In this document: positions 62,443-64,000 of the stretch, piece by piece
How the letters are laid out: every line of letters starts with the position of its first letter
Numbering within the stretch: position 1 is the first letter of the stretch
Assembly (NCBI GenBank): GCA_963823285.1
Contig: CAWGKX010000008.1
Span: 19,166-83,165, forward strand
Length of the DNA: 64,000 nt
Reading direction: 5' to 3'
DNA from: an uncultured Bacteroidales bacterium
GTDB taxonomy: Bacteria; Bacteroidota; Bacteroidia; Bacteroidales; JAGOPY01
Notes under the pieces: model-generated
The model's input: only the letters and a program-made list of their open reading frames with translations
The model's database searches: none
What the model was told of the DNA's origin: nothing
Program-made: the position numbers and the translations under genes

Positions 62443-63339
62443 ATGAAATCAAAACTATTTTATTTAGGATTATATATCATGGTTCTGAGCTTCAATGTTG
62501 AGGCACAACAATACAATCCTCTGGTTATTGAAAATGCCCAATGGAAGGTTCTTTATGACGATGATGAGACCCTTTGGCCAGATTATATGTATGGTTGGTT
62601 ATTAAGAGGTGATACAATAATTAACAATATTCAATATAAGAAGTTGTATTCAAGAGCCTTTGAAGACCCATCATCCAATGTGATTATTTCCCAGCAACTC
62701 CAAGGTTTCTTACGGGAGGATACTGCTGAAAGAATTGTTTATGCCTATGGTCAGCAATGGATGGGCTGCGATTCTATAAACCAGGAATTTATTCTCTTTG
62801 ATTTTTCATATGAAATTGGTGACACTGTGGAATTATGTATTCTAACAGAAGAAATGGGGCCTTGTGTGTTATTAGATACTGGTTATTATATGAATTATTA
62901 TGGAGCAGATAGAGAAATTCTTGATTTTGGAGGTGTATATTGTAATTTTATCGAAGGCATTGGCCATTTTCTAGGACTTCTGGAATCACCTGTATATAAT
63001 ATAAGTGGTGGAATAACTACTTCACTTTATGATTATTGCGTTGGATCTGATGAAGATTGTAATGTTACATATGTAAATGTTGATGATCCATTGCAAACGA
63101 CTAAATATCTGATATATCCGAATCCATTCGATAATTACTTCAATATTGAATGCGCTCAAGAAATTCAGCGATTAATAATCCATAGTCTTTCTGGCGAGAT
63201 CATTAAAGTTATTGATGTCAATAATAATACCTCTTGTATTGAAACCAGTTTTTTGAAGCCAGGCATGTATTTTTTGGAAGTTTTCTTCAATAGCCAGCAA
63301 CCTTTCCAATGCAAACTGATAAAAATTAACAGCCTATAA
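62443..63339 (+). CDS. Cassette-borne secreted protein with T9SS CTD
   Basis: Signal peptide, GDTIINN..YKKL, LFDFS..IGDT, IEGIG, IYPNP CTD; bounded by GTTATAGGCT (62415) and AGCCTATAAC (63331), 10/10 complementary. Confidence 0.85.
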   Translation: MKSKLFYLGLYIMVLSFNVEAQQYNPLVIENAQWKVLYDDDETLWPDYMYGWLLRGDTIINNIQYKKLYSRAFEDPSSNVIISQQLQGFLREDTAERIVYAYGQQWMGCDSINQEFILFDFSYEIGDTVELCILTEEMGPCVLLDTGYYMNYYGADREILDFGGVYCNFIEGIGHFLGLLESPVYNISGGITTSLYDYCVGSDEDCNVTYVNVDDPLQTTKYLIYPNPFDNYFNIECAQEIQRLIIHSLSGEIIKVIDVNNNTSCIETSFLKPGMYFLEVFFNSQQPFQCKLIKINSL

Positions 63340-63363
63340 CGGAAGCGCAGCGCCCAGCCCGGA
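63331..63363 (+). mobile_element. attC-like half-site
   Basis: AAC-GGAAGCGCAGCGCCCAGCCCGG, nearly identical to 34879-34903. Confidence 0.7.
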
Positions 63364-63381
63364 CATTAAAACCAAACCAAA

Positions 63382-64000
63382 ATGAAAAAATCGATACTTA
63401 TTTTCTTAACCGCAGCTCTGTCTGTTTCATCTGCTTTTTCACAATGTATTAATTGTGACAGTAGCTATACCAGCATTCCTTTAAGATCCAGTGTTCTTGG
63501 AACACTCGATACAGCTTCCGGACATTATTCCATTGCCGGTGGTTATTTATGTAAAGCATCAGGGTATTCATCTGTTGCATTGGGTTATAAATGCCATGCT
63601 AATAATGAAGATGATTTTTTTTCAATGGCACTTGGGTATCAAACGACTGCAGCCGGGCGCTGGTCATTAGCAGCAGGCACATTATGCAATACATCCAATG
63701 ATTATGCATTGGCGTTGGGTTATAATGCATCAGCACTGGCTCAATCCAATGTTGCTATCGGCACATGTGTTACATCTGCCAGTTATAATACACAATCAGC
63801 ATACGCAATAGGGACATATCTTACCAATAGTGGTCCATTTTCCATGTGCCTGGGTATAGGAGTTAATAATAATTTACGGATGGAAAATGATTTGGATTAT
63901 TGTATGTTAATTGGATTTAATAGTACAGTTCCCACATTGTTTATCGGACCATCGCCTTCATCGGAATTAGAACCTGACAAAACCGGAAAAGTCGGAATTG
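63382..64000 (+). CDS. Secreted protein with YadA-head-like (xSxAxG) repeats; runs off the window
   Basis: MKKSILIFLTAALSVSSAFSQC...YSIAGG, SSVALG, FSMALG, WSLAAG, YALALG, SNVAIG...KTGKVGI; open to the end of the window. Confidence 0.7.
   Translation, partial: MKKSILIFLTAALSVSSAFSQCINCDSSYTSIPLRSSVLGTLDTASGHYSIAGGYLCKASGYSSVALGYKCHANNEDDFFSMALGYQTTAAGRWSLAAGTLCNTSNDYALALGYNASALAQSNVAIGTCVTSASYNTQSAYAIGTYLTNSGPFSMCLGIGVNNNLRMENDLDYCMLIGFNSTVPTLFIGPSPSSELEPDKTGKVGI

Noticed and set aside
1..64000. tRNA, rRNA or riboswitch
   Set aside because: None recognised by eye; an Rfam/tRNAscan search would be needed to exclude them.

Overview
This is a chromosomal window from a Bacteroidota bacterium, probably Bacteroidales-like, judged from T9SS C-terminal domains, TAnnTTTG promoter boxes and the flippase/TPR/DUF4292/EnvC gene order. 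The first 30 kb is a cluster of T9SS-secreted proteins: three gingipain-like C25 peptidases, two papain-like C1 peptidases, an S8 peptidase, an Omp28/PKD protein, an FG-GAP protein and a beta-propeller-like protein. The same stretch also holds a FadL/GDSL pair and an anti-sigma/STAS/nucleotide-cyclase module. The rest is housekeeping and transport: TolC-MacAB, two DRE-TIM lyases, GH47, cytochrome c peroxidase, an ABC permease and CstA. The main discovery is three separate integron-like loci at about 34.0-36.2 kb, 45.05-49 kb and 61.2-64 kb. Each begins with a remnant of the same tyrosine-recombinase gene (C-terminus ...IKSPLDNLDI*). In two loci an ungapped, ~86% identical 200-bp leader follows and ends exactly at GTT. 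Downstream are AT-rich genes bounded by complementary GTT.../...AAC cores and attC-like hairpins. The cargo includes Mrr, YefM-YoeB, a MazEF-like pair and T9SS proteins, and it lies 3' of and co-oriented with the integrase. The window also has many 7-9-mer repeat arrays and REP-like palindromes. These flank inserted genes as inverted repeats, sit at the integrase truncation points and are read in frame inside core proteins. Locus A replaces dut, of which only the last 10 codons remain. Many frameshifts fall in or near homopolymers and may be assembly errors. All calls come from manual reading; no database searches were run.
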